The notes beneath the pieces were generated by a model. That model was given only the letters and a program-made list of their open reading frames with translations, was not told where the DNA came from and ran no database searches. From a virus: a DNA stretch of 64,000 bases. The stretch covers positions 1 to 64,000 of IMG/VR virus record IMGVR_UViG_3300023174_000071, one strand, 5' to 3'. Each line of letters starts with the position of its first letter. Position 1 is the first letter of the stretch. Shown here in pieces: positions 1-9,323 of the stretch. The position numbers and the translations under genes were made by a program.

Positions 1-10
1 AGATGGAGAG

Positions 11-457
11 ATGTTTCCTCCATCGCAAATTCCAGAGGATATGGAACTAAAAGATGTTTGCTCATTCAACATCAGCGTTGATAAGAGAGAACTCGGAGAT
101 GCGGAGATTCTTTCTTATCAAGTTGTTTATGATGGAATTTCTGCCGGCTCTAATTACGAAGGACTATCCATCAACGAAGAAGAAGATAGCTGGGAAGGAT
201 ATCCGGCTCCGATTATTCGCTTCACTCTTTCTAAGCCTATCGAATCGGAAAAGCTAATTCGAGCCGTTGAATATTCAAGGATGATGATGGAAGTAGAAGA
301 TGGATTATTTTATTTCCAAGATAACAACGGATGGGTTCATAAGGTTCCAAGGGAAGACTATGAATTGCTGCGAGACGATTTGGATGATCGAGGCTGGCGC
401 AAACCTATCTCGCAACTTCCAAAGCAAAAGTTGAAATCCGAAGACTGCATTAATTGA
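11..457 (+). CDS. hypothetical protein
   Basis: 148 aa ORF, GGAGAG RBS upstream, overlaps the next ORF; no recognised motif. Confidence 0.7.
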   Translation: MFPPSQIPEDMELKDVCSFNISVDKRELGDAEILSYQVVYDGISAGSNYEGLSINEEEDSWEGYPAPIIRFTLSKPIESEKLIRAVEYSRMMMEVEDGLFYFQDNNGWVHKVPREDYELLRDDLDDRGWRKPISQLPKQKLKSEDCIN

Positions 458-837
458 AAAAGGATTTTCAAATGATTGAAGCGGAACAAAAGATCCAATA
501 TCGTTGGGTGCAGAATTATTGCATTGATCGATTTGATTTGGAAGATGCCAAACTTAATCTTAAAGGTTGGATTGCCGGAACGCCAGATCGGGCTGTAACA
601 ACAAAACGTTTTCTCGATTGTTTTGGCTACAACATTAGTTGGAAAACAGAGCCAAAAGCAAACTGGACTTGGCGAATCTTCTGGCCTTCTAAAGAATCTC
701 GTTCCGAAACAGAAACAGATGGTTTAGAATATAAAACGATGGATGCAGCAAAGAAAGCTCTGCAAGATTTGTTTTCTATTCCAGAAGATGATGTAAAAAC
801 TATCCTCAATCCCGACAATCAAACGCAATATGAATGA
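454..837 (+). CDS. hypothetical protein
   Basis: 127 aa ORF coupled to the upstream gene; start may instead be the ATG at 472. Confidence 0.65.
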   Translation: MKKDFQMIEAEQKIQYRWVQNYCIDRFDLEDAKLNLKGWIAGTPDRAVTTKRFLDCFGYNISWKTEPKANWTWRIFWPSKESRSETETDGLEYKTMDAAKKALQDLFSIPEDDVKTILNPDNQTQYE

Positions 838-884
838 CTCAAAAAGGATAGCAATCTTCTATAAGCTTTCTAAGTTGGTGATTT

Positions 885-1340
885 ATGCATGAATCTTGGC
901 AGAACGCAACACCGGAACAGCTTTTAGAATGCTTGGAATGGATGAGCGCTATCAATAAAGCAATAGAAGAACGATATCTTTTCTTGCTAAAAGAAAATGC
1001 AGAACTAAAAGAAAAGTTAGCTGAAGCGCAAGATAAAGCTATTGCTTATGATTTAGATCAAGCCGGGATCCAACAAAGAGAGAAAGAAGCGGAGGAGTTG
1101 ATTCAACTTCGATATGAAGTATTCTCTCGAAAAAAAGAAAAGGCTCAACTCATCCAAACCATTAATGAATTTATTGAGTTGTCAAAAGTTGATGGAAAAA
1201 TTTATAATCAAGGAAGATCGGAAGGCGTAAGCGATGTTGCGGCTATGCTTCGCGCTATTCTTGATCCATCCGATGAACAAATGCTAAATCTTGACGGGCT
1301 TCTAAAACTAGTTGCTTATCATAAAGAGCTTTCTACTTAA
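885..1340 (+). CDS. hypothetical coiled-coil protein
   Basis: 151 aa, heptad-like E/K/L-rich helical sequence. Confidence 0.7.
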   Translation: MHESWQNATPEQLLECLEWMSAINKAIEERYLFLLKENAELKEKLAEAQDKAIAYDLDQAGIQQREKEAEELIQLRYEVFSRKKEKAQLIQTINEFIELSKVDGKIYNQGRSEGVSDVAAMLRAILDPSDEQMLNLDGLLKLVAYHKELST

Positions 1341-1410
1341 GGCTTTCTCATCGTTAGAACCGAAAACTATCCAGAATATTTAGATTGGTTTTATTTAATA
1401 TTGATTTGCT

Positions 1411-1440
1411 TTGCTGCGGCTGAGAATCTTTTGGTAATAT
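1411..1440 (+). promoter_or_regulatory. sigma70-like promoter for the ncRNA/tRNA-Ser unit
   Basis: TTGCTG (1411-1416), 18 bp spacer, extended -10 TG-n-TAATAT (1432-1440); predicted start ~1447 coincides with the 5' end of the structured RNA. Confidence 0.45.
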
Positions 1441-1446
1441 AAAGTT

Positions 1447-1802
1447 GTGATGAGATGGAGTTGAACGGGATTAGGCTAATAAAATAATTGCTAAATAAAT
1501 CTAGCAAACTATAGTTAATTTGGTATAACTTAGTCGTGGATATGTAAGTGCTTGCATAAATCAATTCCGTTCGATAGAACGGAGAATCTCTGAAGCCGTG
1601 CAAAGAGATTTGCTTTATGCAAAAAAGTTAAGAGAATTGTTTGGACTAAATCCACTTAATAAAAATAGATCTTAACAAATCTCTTAGCGTACCGTGATGC
1701 TTGGTTTAAAAATCAAGAACAGAATTTAATAAAGCCTGAAATATGATTTTATTAAGTTTTTAGTAACGGAAGCTTAAAGTCTTGTTTGATGAAATCTTGT
1801 TA
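1447..1802 (+). ncRNA. candidate large structured ncRNA of unknown class
   Basis: No credible ORF. Terminal helices 1448-1456/1794-1802 and 1461-1472/1778-1789 (G-U rich on the + strand) enclose four helical domains; see findings. Confidence 0.6.
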
Positions 1803-1814
1803 AGATAATGCTGT

Positions 1815-1905
1815 AGAGGGTTGACCGAGAGGTGAAGGTGCCAGCCTGGAAAGTTGGTTTATGTGTAAAAGCATAACGCGAGTTCGATCCTCGCACCCTC
1901 TGCCA
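1815..1905 (+). tRNA. tRNA-Ser(GGA)
   Basis: Acceptor AGAGGGT/ACCCTCT, discriminator G, encoded CCA; anticodon arm CCAGC-CTGGAAA-GTTGG; long variable arm; T-loop TTCGATC. Confidence 0.95.
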
Positions 1906-2011
1906 TTATCTAGTTTGAAGATACATTTTAATCGAGTCTAAATTTCAAAAAAGATTCTTAAAATAACTTGATAAAGTTTAAAACTTCACCATAATTAAGT
2001 ATTATCTTTCC

Positions 2012-2764
2012 ATGTCTAATATGGAAAGTCAAAAAAATATTTGCGCTTATGGTTGCGGCAAGCCCGGCATCAAGCAGTTTAAAAACGGCAACTGGTGTTG
2101 CTGCGAAAATGTAAATAGGTGCGAAGCTAAATGTAGAAGAGATTCCGAAAGGAAGGCTGGAATTAATCCACTTGAAAAATGGGGAATACCGCACCCAAAG
2201 GGTGCTACCGGCAAAGCCCCTTGGAATAAGGGAAAGAAATACGAAGAACTCTATGGAGAGGATGGAGCCAAAGAAGTAAAAAGAAAAATAGTAACTAGCG
2301 TGGGGAAAGAACGTTATAAGACAACGTGGGATAGACTCTCTGAAGAAAACAAGCAAAAGCAAAGAGAGCGATGCGCTAAGGTTGGAGCGAAAACGGGAGG
2401 GTACAAAAAAGGATCTGGTCGAGGTCTTTCTGGGTGGTACCAAGGTATCTGGTGTGATAGTAGTTGGGAGCTTGCATTTTTAATATATCATCTTGAGCAT
2501 GATATTAAAATAAAAAGATCTAAATTGGTATTCCCTTATATTTGGGAAGGCAATACTTATAATTATCATCCCGACTTTGAAGTAAATGAAATTGTTTATG
2601 AAATAAAAGGATACATGACAGAAAAAGCGCTCCAAAAGGTAAAGCAGGCTCCAATTGCTATATCTGTAATTGATAAGGAATTAATTAAGCCTTATTTAAA
2701 TTATACAATAAGAAAATATGGAAAAAAGTTTACATATCTGTATGAAACGAATAGTTCTAAGTAG
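2012..2764 (+). CDS. putative free-standing homing endonuclease, PD-(D/E)XK (TnsA-N-like) with Cys-rich/NUMOD-like N-terminus
   Basis: CAYGCG..WCCC N-terminus, PWNKGK motif, WCDSSWELAF...YHPDF...EIKG nuclease motif; directly downstream of tRNA-Ser. Confidence 0.75.
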   Translation: MSNMESQKNICAYGCGKPGIKQFKNGNWCCCENVNRCEAKCRRDSERKAGINPLEKWGIPHPKGATGKAPWNKGKKYEELYGEDGAKEVKRKIVTSVGKERYKTTWDRLSEENKQKQRERCAKVGAKTGGYKKGSGRGLSGWYQGIWCDSSWELAFLIYHLEHDIKIKRSKLVFPYIWEGNTYNYHPDFEVNEIVYEIKGYMTEKALQKVKQAPIAISVIDKELIKPYLNYTIRKYGKKFTYLYETNSSK

Positions 2765-2794
2765 AATCCAGTGATAAAACAATAGGACTTCACA

Positions 2795-3715
2795 ATGCAT
2801 AAAGTTGTTATTCTAGGTTCGGGGCCAGCGGGTTTAACGGCAGCGCTTTATCTTTCTCGTGCAAATATCACTCCATATGTTTATGAAGGATTGCAGCCGG
2901 GAGGTCAGCTTACCATTACCACAGAGGTCGATAATTTCCCCGGATTTCCCGAAGGCATCATGGGGCCTGAATTAATGGATCGCATGAAGCAGCAATGCGA
3001 AAGGTTCGGCGCTAAGTTTCTATTTGATGAAATTTCAGAAGTTGATTTCTCTTATCGACCATTTCTTTTAAAAAATTCTTCCGAAGAATGGATTGAAGCC
3101 GATTCTGTTATTATCGCAACGGGTGCTTCAGCTAAATGGCTAAATTTGCCCAGCGAACAGAAACTAAGAGGTCGAGGGGTTTCCGCTTGTGCCACTTGTG
3201 ATGGATTCTTTTTTGGCGGCGTTCCGGTTGCGGTTGTCGGTGGTGGAGATTCCGCTCTTGAAGAAGCCACATTCCTAACTAAGTTTGCTTCAAAAGTTTA
3301 TGTTATTCATCGGAAAGATAAGCTGCGAGCCTCTAAGGTAATGCAAGATCGAGCTTTTAAGAATCCAAAAATTGAGTTTGTTTGGAATCATGAAGTCTCG
3401 GAAGTTATTGGAGAAGAGAAGTGCGAAGGGTTAATCGTTCGCCATACTCAAACCGGCGAAGAGAAAGAGATTGAAGTCTCCGGATTGTTTTTAGCAATTG
3501 GTCACAATCCAAACACAGGCCTATTTAAAAATCAAATCCATCTAACGGAAAGCGGGTATATTGAAACCATTGCCGGTTCTTCTCGCACTTCAGTTCCCGG
3601 AATCTTTGCTTGCGGAGATGTTCAGGATAATATATATCGTCAAGCTATTACGGCGGCAGGCAGTGGTTGTATGGCGGCGCTGGATTGCGAGCGTTGGTTA
3701 GAAAGCAACAATTAG
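2795..3715 (+). CDS. trxB: thioredoxin-disulfide reductase
   Basis: GSGPAG FAD motif, CATCDG redox centre, GGGDSA NADPH motif, GDV...YRQAITAAGSG. Confidence 0.97.
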   Translation: MHKVVILGSGPAGLTAALYLSRANITPYVYEGLQPGGQLTITTEVDNFPGFPEGIMGPELMDRMKQQCERFGAKFLFDEISEVDFSYRPFLLKNSSEEWIEADSVIIATGASAKWLNLPSEQKLRGRGVSACATCDGFFFGGVPVAVVGGGDSALEEATFLTKFASKVYVIHRKDKLRASKVMQDRAFKNPKIEFVWNHEVSEVIGEEKCEGLIVRHTQTGEEKEIEVSGLFLAIGHNPNTGLFKNQIHLTESGYIETIAGSSRTSVPGIFACGDVQDNIYRQAITAAGSGCMAALDCERWLESNN

Positions 3716-3882
3716 TTTTTCTGGAATTCTAAAATGGAATTAGTTCAAAAGATACCTCTTGTTGTTACTTTGTTCATTTTGCAGATCATTATTTTCTTTG
3801 CTGAGATCATTATTTTTGTTGTTGAGAATCAAAAGCCAATCCTTTTTGTTTTGGCAATCTTATTGCTTTTGAATTGGGCAGC

Positions 3883-4095
3883 ATGTTGATCATCCCCGGT
3901 CAGATTTTTGAGATCAACAACCTCCTGACCGCAAACAATAATCTTTCGCAATATTTTTTTGTTTTAAAAGAATTTGGAAGAACGAGCCAAGCTAAACCAG
4001 TTTGGCTTTGCTTGACCGATAGAAATGCTTTGATTTATGTTTCCAGCGCATTTCTTTTGGATTCATGCAGGCTTTTAGAGAAAGAATGTTCTTGA
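3883..4095 (+). CDS. small beta-rich (SH3/KOW-like) hypothetical protein
   Basis: IIPGQIFEI start pattern shared with several small ORFs in the window. Confidence 0.55.
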   Translation: MLIIPGQIFEINNLLTANNNLSQYFFVLKEFGRTSQAKPVWLCLTDRNALIYVSSAFLLDSCRLLEKECS

Positions 4096-4724
4096 CTCCC
4101 GATGAAGAATCGGTAATGATTGGCGAGGAGATCTGCAAGATGAGTGGAGATATTTTTGAGCGGGGCGTATTTATTATTCCAAGGGGAGAGTATACGCAAT
4201 TTCGAAAAGTGTTTATTGATTATTATAATGCTTTGCTTCAAAAGGATTTTCTGGAAGCTAAGGCATTATATCCAGAAGTAAAAGCTGCTGGTCCTTATTT
4301 TCGTGGGGGAGAAAAGCATCAAGCAAGAGTTGATGTTATTAAAAGCCATTGCAAGAAAAATTGTTTGAAGGCAACCGATGAGATGGATGTAAAATTTTCT
4401 CGTCTTTATTCTATGTTTTTTATGGAAGATGAGTCGGGAGGATTTACAAAACTTCAATCTCCAAAGATGAATCAGATTCCATTTCTGCCTCCAACGGGCG
4501 ATGTGATTATTTCTTTTTGTGGAGCTTCCATTTCATTTAGGAATTCTGGCAATTCTGTTTGCTGGGAAGTTAGAGGAGTTGAGAGCGATTGTGAAGTTGC
4601 TCGCTCTCATCCTATTGCTAAAGAATTTTTCCGACGATTAAATTCAATGCGGTGGTCGGGCGGTTCGGGCGGAAAGATTATCCGACAGAATAATGTTCAT
4701 GAAACTTATGGGAAGCTTTTTTAG
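4086..4724 (+). CDS. hypothetical protein
   Basis: Long ORF; ATG at 4086 overlaps the end of the previous gene. Confidence 0.7.
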   Translation: MFLTPDEESVMIGEEICKMSGDIFERGVFIIPRGEYTQFRKVFIDYYNALLQKDFLEAKALYPEVKAAGPYFRGGEKHQARVDVIKSHCKKNCLKATDEMDVKFSRLYSMFFMEDESGGFTKLQSPKMNQIPFLPPTGDVIISFCGASISFRNSGNSVCWEVRGVESDCEVARSHPIAKEFFRRLNSMRWSGGSGGKIIRQNNVHETYGKLF

Positions 4725-4771
4725 AGTAGCTAACTTCTAAAAAAATAGTAAAACTAAAAGCAACAACGGAG

Positions 4772-5833
4772 ATGAAAATGAAAGTTGCTGTATATACCAT
4801 TTCAAAAAACGAAGAAGGTTTCGTAAAGCGTTGGGCGGAATCATGCGCTGAAGCTGATTATCGAATCATTTGCGATACAGGTTCCTCCGACAATACCGTC
4901 AGTGTTGCCGAAAGCCTTGGCGTAACGGTTCATCAAAAAGTATTTACTCCTTGGCGATTTGACACTTCTAGGAATTGGTCAATCGATTGCATTCCAGAAG
5001 ATGCCGATCTTTGTATCTGTCTCGATATGGATGAGATTTTAATTCCGGGTTGGAGACAGGCCATTGAAGGGGCGCAAGGTTTTAATAAAGTAAAGTATAA
5101 ATATGTTTGGTCTTGGAATGCGGATGGTTCAGAAGGCTTAACGTATGCCGCAAGCAAGATTCATTCAAGAAAGGGTTTTTATTGGAAGCATCCCGTTCAT
5201 GAAGTAATTATGCCGCTTGCAGGAACTATTGAAAAAGAAATTTGGATAGATGGACTTCAGATTCACCACCATCCAGATCCAACCAAATCAAGAGCGCAAT
5301 ATCTTCCGCTTCTCGAATTGGCGGTGCAAGAAGACCCGAAAGATGATCGGAACCAATACTATCTTGGCCGAGAATACTATTATAATAAACGATACGTCGA
5401 AGCTACAAGGCATCTAAAAATTTATTTAGATTTAGCTTCGTGGAAGCCGGAACGAGCAGCGGCTTGTCGATTGCTTTCCGAAACCGATCCCGCAAATTCC
5501 GAAAGCTGGATTTGGCGAGCCTTGGCTGAAGATTCCGGTCGTCGGGAGAACTGGGTTGGTTTGGCGAAAATCTTTTATGATAAAAAAGATTGGGAGTCTT
5601 GCCGCTGGGCCTCCATTAAAGCCTTGGCGATTACTCAGAAGCCTCTAGATTATCTTTGCACAGCAGAGGCTTGGGGTTATCTTCCTTTCGACTTCAAAGC
5701 ACTATCCTGTTATTATTTAGGGCGATTTGAAGAAGCTCTTGAAGCCGGGAAGATTGCTTTTGAAATGGAATCATCCAATGAACGATTAAAGCAAAATTTA
5801 GCTTTCTATCTAAAAGCTATGCAGAAGTCTTAG
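4772..5833 (+). CDS. family 2 glycosyltransferase with TPR repeats
   Basis: YTISKNEE, DTGSSDNT, RFDTSRN, LDMDE (DxD), HPVHE, followed by TPR-like YYLGREYY helices. Confidence 0.92.
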   Translation: MKMKVAVYTISKNEEGFVKRWAESCAEADYRIICDTGSSDNTVSVAESLGVTVHQKVFTPWRFDTSRNWSIDCIPEDADLCICLDMDEILIPGWRQAIEGAQGFNKVKYKYVWSWNADGSEGLTYAASKIHSRKGFYWKHPVHEVIMPLAGTIEKEIWIDGLQIHHHPDPTKSRAQYLPLLELAVQEDPKDDRNQYYLGREYYYNKRYVEATRHLKIYLDLASWKPERAAACRLLSETDPANSESWIWRALAEDSGRRENWVGLAKIFYDKKDWESCRWASIKALAITQKPLDYLCTAEAWGYLPFDFKALSCYYLGRFEEALEAGKIAFEMESSNERLKQNLAFYLKAMQKS

Positions 5834-5850
5834 AGATCAAAAGCCGCATC

Positions 5851-5890
5851 AAAAGAAAACCACCTTTGAAAAATAAGGTGGTTTTTCTTC
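5851..5890. terminator. intrinsic terminator-like hairpin
   Basis: AAAACCACCTT...AAGGTGGTTTT inverted repeat with T-tract after the glycosyltransferase. Confidence 0.6.
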
Positions 5891-5906
5891 ATGCAGAGAG
5901 GAATAT

Positions 5907-6422
5907 ATGAAGAACCATTTTTCGTTAGAAGAACTTCTCGAAATGTTTGAGATGAAACCAAAACATCATATTCAAGAAGATTATTTGGATTTGATTTGGG
6001 AGAGATCTCTTGTTTCCCAATTAGAATCGGAAAACTCTGGAGCTTCAGAAAAACAAGGCGAGGAAATTTTTCGTAAGAAAGAATCCGAATGCTATAAGAT
6101 ATTTGAAGCCAACCTAAGATTCGCAACGCTAAAGGCTTGCAGCCAAAAGCTTTCTTCATTCAAGATTTTTATAAAAATTGAAAAAGAATCTTTTACATTC
6201 AGCTCTTCAGATTGGAAGCAAACGCTCCGAGATTTACTTAACAAATCTTCTCTCGCCTTACCCGAAGAAGAACTTCTTGAGGCGAAAGGAATAGCGAAAC
6301 TTGGCACAACAGATTCTGCTAAAGAATTATGTTTGTCTTTATTGATGAAGGGTGCAGCGGTTGATTCTGCCGTTCTAGTCAATCATAAAAAATATTTAGA
6401 TGAGGCGATGGAACAGATTTAG
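5907..6422 (+). CDS. hypothetical protein
   Basis: 171 aa ORF with GAGG RBS. Confidence 0.65.
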   Translation: MKNHFSLEELLEMFEMKPKHHIQEDYLDLIWERSLVSQLESENSGASEKQGEEIFRKKESECYKIFEANLRFATLKACSQKLSSFKIFIKIEKESFTFSSSDWKQTLRDLLNKSSLALPEEELLEAKGIAKLGTTDSAKELCLSLLMKGAAVDSAVLVNHKKYLDEAMEQI

Positions 6423-6474
6423 TTTGCATCAAATGAAGATGGTGTTATCATCATAAAGGAGTAAACCCTAACCT

Positions 6475-6900
6475 ATGGATGTAAATTTATGTTTTGAATG
6501 TGGCGCAGCAGCAGATCACAATCATCATGTTGTGCCACGTTCCCTTGGTGGAACTAAGACTATTCCTCTCTGCCATAAATGCCACGGCTTAGCCCACGGC
6601 AGAGACGGCGCCAGAAATACAAGCGAACTAACCCGACTTGCTTTAAAAAAGAAAAAAGAAGCGGGGGAAAGAGTTGGCGACATTCCTTTTGGATTTAGTT
6701 TAGCCGAAGATGGCAAGAGCCTAATCTTAAATGAATACGAACAGCTTGTTATTTTAGAAATCCTGGAGTTAAGAAAGAAAGGATTATCTATGGAAAAGAT
6801 TTGCAATTATCTAACTGACTTCCGCTTTAAACCAAGAAAGGGTAAGTGGAACAAAGAAACTATCCGAAGAGTTCTTGTAAAAAACTTGGAGGTGCAATGA
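6475..6900 (+). CDS. HNH endonuclease fused to a serine-recombinase-type DNA-binding domain
   Basis: CFECG..HNHHVVPRSLGG..LCHKCHGLAH HNH, then GERVGDIPFGF...GLSMEKI...RKGKWNKETIRRVL recombinase-like C-terminal domain. Confidence 0.75.
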   Translation: MDVNLCFECGAAADHNHHVVPRSLGGTKTIPLCHKCHGLAHGRDGARNTSELTRLALKKKKEAGERVGDIPFGFSLAEDGKSLILNEYEQLVILEILELRKKGLSMEKICNYLTDFRFKPRKGKWNKETIRRVLVKNLEVQ

Positions 6901-7121
6901 TTAATGCTGGTCAAATCAGAGTGTGGCGCAAAGATAAAACTCAATCTGCCGACTCAAGCAATAAGCCGGATTCTTATTTTAGAATCCCTCCGAATACTAC
7001 GATCTTTATTTCAGCAAAGACAGAGGATGGTATTTGCACTTTGCTTTTTGAAGACGGCACTCTTATGAGGAGGCCGGAGTGGATGGTCGAACTATATTCT
7101 ACGGAGAGCAGCCTTGATTGA
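6897..7121 (+). CDS. small SH3/KOW-like hypothetical protein
   Basis: ATGA overlap with the upstream gene, GGAGG RBS; MINAGQIRVW start. Confidence 0.65.
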   Translation: MINAGQIRVWRKDKTQSADSSNKPDSYFRIPPNTTIFISAKTEDGICTLLFEDGTLMRRPEWMVELYSTESSLD

Positions 7122-7338
7122 GGTTGGAGAGTTTAGAATCTTCATTAGAGATATTGCTGAAAACAAAAAGGATATATTTTTTGTTTTACAAGAAATAAAG
7201 AAGGACTACTATTCTTTCTTCAAGATCATTTGCTCAAATGGATTGAACGAAACTCTATCCGGAGAATATCTGGAAAGCAATTCCGTCGTGTGGAATGGCA
7301 ATTCTAAAAATGATTCTCCAAACGGTTCCAAAACATGA
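7114..7338 (+). CDS. small SH3/KOW-like hypothetical protein
   Basis: MIEVGEFRIF...IFFVLQE...FKII; overlaps both neighbours. Confidence 0.6.
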   Translation: MIEVGEFRIFIRDIAENKKDIFFVLQEIKKDYYSFFKIICSNGLNETLSGEYLESNSVVWNGNSKNDSPNGSKT

Positions 7339-7376
7339 GTCAGATAGATTCGGGAGATCTGATGGTTTCAAAATTC

Positions 7377-8624
7377 TTAACAAATTTTGTCATATATAAA
7401 TAACCTGGAGAAGTTATCCATATACATCTGATGAAATTTAAGCAATGATGGCTTAAAATTATCATCTTGGGTAAACCATTTACCCTTAATTCGTTTTGCA
7501 ATATTTATTGCCGAATTTAAATCTCTATCTATTGTAAAACCGGGAAGCAACTCAACCTCTCTAATCGAAAGATCAGAGTTTAAAGATATCTCTCCTGTTA
7601 TACAATTTGTCTGAGATGTGTAGCTTTCATCTACTAAATGAAAACTTATACCTTCATTTTTAGCTTTGTATTCTAAAAATGTTTTGAACCTTGATAGGGT
7701 TCCTTGATTCTGTGTTGATTTATTTAAAGTAGAATTAGACTTTTTTGATTTAGTTAAGCTTTTAGTTTGGATATCACCAACGATTAATGTACCAATGTTT
7801 GACTCCAAACACTTGTTAATTATAACCCTACTCGCTTTATGCTGGAAATCTTTATTTTTATTAGCCTGCTTTCTTGCTGCCTTTTTATATAAAGCCCGGA
7901 TTCTTTTCCATCTCCTAGATCCCTTTTTCTTTTTATCACTCATTCCTTGTAGCTTTTCTTTTGTTTTTTCTATTTTTCGATATCTATTATTTTGAATAGA
8001 AAAAGGATCTATCTGATTTGAATAGCAACAGGCAATAGAGGATATCCCCAAGTCTATGGATAAAAATTTATCCACATCTAAATTATGGTTAGAATGCGAA
8101 GTTCCATATGTAAATATGGCATAGTAAGCATCCTCTTCTTTTGTAATCGTTAATGTTTTAATATTTGAATTTGATATTTCGGATTCTGAAAAATAAGAAG
8201 AAAGGTCTATAGCTAAATTGTTTTTCCTATCTAATGATATGTAAAAACCTTTTTCCGTTAGCTTAAATCCCCCGCCACCCTTATTGTAGTGAAAAGAAAA
8301 GGCATTAAAATTTTTATAGGTTTTAAATTGAGAAGGAAATCTTGCCGAAGGATCTGTTTTTCTTTTTGAATAATAAGATTTGATTGCTTCGATAAGTTGA
8401 TGATAGGTATTTTGGGCAGAATGAGAATGGATGGTTAGATTATTATTGATTCTAACTTGTTTGTGGTAATTATAAACATCTTTAAAGTCAAGCTTCCCGG
8501 CTTGATAAGTGGTTTTCGCAAAATAAAGCAATTGATTATAAAGAAGTTTATGTTCATCAGATAAAGTCTTCAGAACAAGTTCTTGATAATGATCAGGAAA
8601 AAATCTAACTTTAAGAGATTTCAT
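7377..8624 (-). CDS. tnpB: TnpB RNA-guided nuclease (IS607-associated)
   Basis: RuvC-I SIDLG, IVGDI, VDESYTSQ, RuvC-III DRDLNSAINI. Confidence 0.92.
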   Translation of the reverse strand: MKSLKVRFFPDHYQELVLKTLSDEHKLLYNQLLYFAKTTYQAGKLDFKDVYNYHKQVRINNNLTIHSHSAQNTYHQLIEAIKSYYSKRKTDPSARFPSQFKTYKNFNAFSFHYNKGGGGFKLTEKGFYISLDRKNNLAIDLSSYFSESEISNSNIKTLTITKEEDAYYAIFTYGTSHSNHNLDVDKFLSIDLGISSIACCYSNQIDPFSIQNNRYRKIEKTKEKLQGMSDKKKKGSRRWKRIRALYKKAARKQANKNKDFQHKASRVIINKCLESNIGTLIVGDIQTKSLTKSKKSNSTLNKSTQNQGTLSRFKTFLEYKAKNEGISFHLVDESYTSQTNCITGEISLNSDLSIREVELLPGFTIDRDLNSAINIAKRIKGKWFTQDDNFKPSLLKFHQMYMDNFSRLFIYDKIC

Positions 8625-9323
8625 TTTTAATCTCTTCTAGATTTTGAACAGCGTTAGCTACTTTCTTTTTATAATTTCTAGATCCGTAAAGCTTCATGCT
8701 GAAGTGATGAACGATAGAAATTAAATCTTCCGCAAATTCTTGTTCTTTTGATTTATCTGATTCTGAATCATCTACTATAATAATTTTGAAATTATTGCTT
8801 TGCGCTAATTCTTCAATTAATTCAAAACCAAACCTTAAAAGTCTATCTTTATAATGTATAATTAAAGTTTCAATCTTATCTTCTTTTATTAGATTAAAGA
8901 TTTCGATTAAACCTTTTCTTTTATAATTTAAAGAAGAGCCGAATTCCGATATCACTTTATGAACTTGAATACCATTTGATATGCAAAATTCTTTTAATCG
9001 TCGCTCCTGTTCTTTTAGGGAGTTAGATTGTTGCTGAGTAGATTCTCGGCAATAAAGAACATTTAATCTAGGCTCAGCTTTTACACCTTTAATTTTTTGG
9101 AAATGCTCGTCTGTATATCTTCTATGTCCAGATTTTAAAATAATTGGTATTAATATGCCCTCTTTTTCCCAGCGGTAAAGAGTCATATTAGAAACGCCGC
9201 ATAATTTTGAAAACTTTGTGATTGAATACATTTTATCAAATCCTACTATAATTAAAAAAAGTAGCAGAATTTATTTTGATTAAATAAATATGTTATATAT
9301 TTTGCGTATGGATTGACACATAA
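7381..9323 (-). mobile_element. IS607-family insertion sequence (tnpA + tnpB)
   Basis: Serine-recombinase tnpA overlapping tnpB; very AT-rich; boundaries deduced from in-frame rejoining of the interrupted gene, TAA present at both junctions (7378-7380, 9321-9323). Confidence 0.9.
8611..9231 (-). CDS. tnpA: IS607 transposase (MerR-like HTH + serine recombinase)
   Basis: N-terminal GVSNMTLYRWEKEG..SGHRRY HTH; YCRES catalytic motif; YKDRLLRFGFE; EDLISIVHHFSMKLYG. Confidence 0.95.
   Translation of the reverse strand: MYSITKFSKLCGVSNMTLYRWEKEGILIPIILKSGHRRYTDEHFQKIKGVKAEPRLNVLYCRESTQQQSNSLKEQERRLKEFCISNGIQVHKVISEFGSSLNYKRKGLIEIFNLIKEDKIETLIIHYKDRLLRFGFELIEELAQSNNFKIIIVDDSESDKSKEQEFAEDLISIVHHFSMKLYGSRNYKKKVANAVQNLEEIKNEIS

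Noticed and set aside
1447-1802. RNase P RNA or tmRNA identity for the structured RNA
   Set aside because: No GAGGAAAGUC / ACAxAAxxxGGCUUA P4 signature, and no tRNA-Ala-like ends or tag reading frame
7381-9323. IStron (intron-IS607 chimera)
   Set aside because: The element is antisense to the interrupted gene and has only ~90 bp upstream of tnpA, too little for a group I ribozyme
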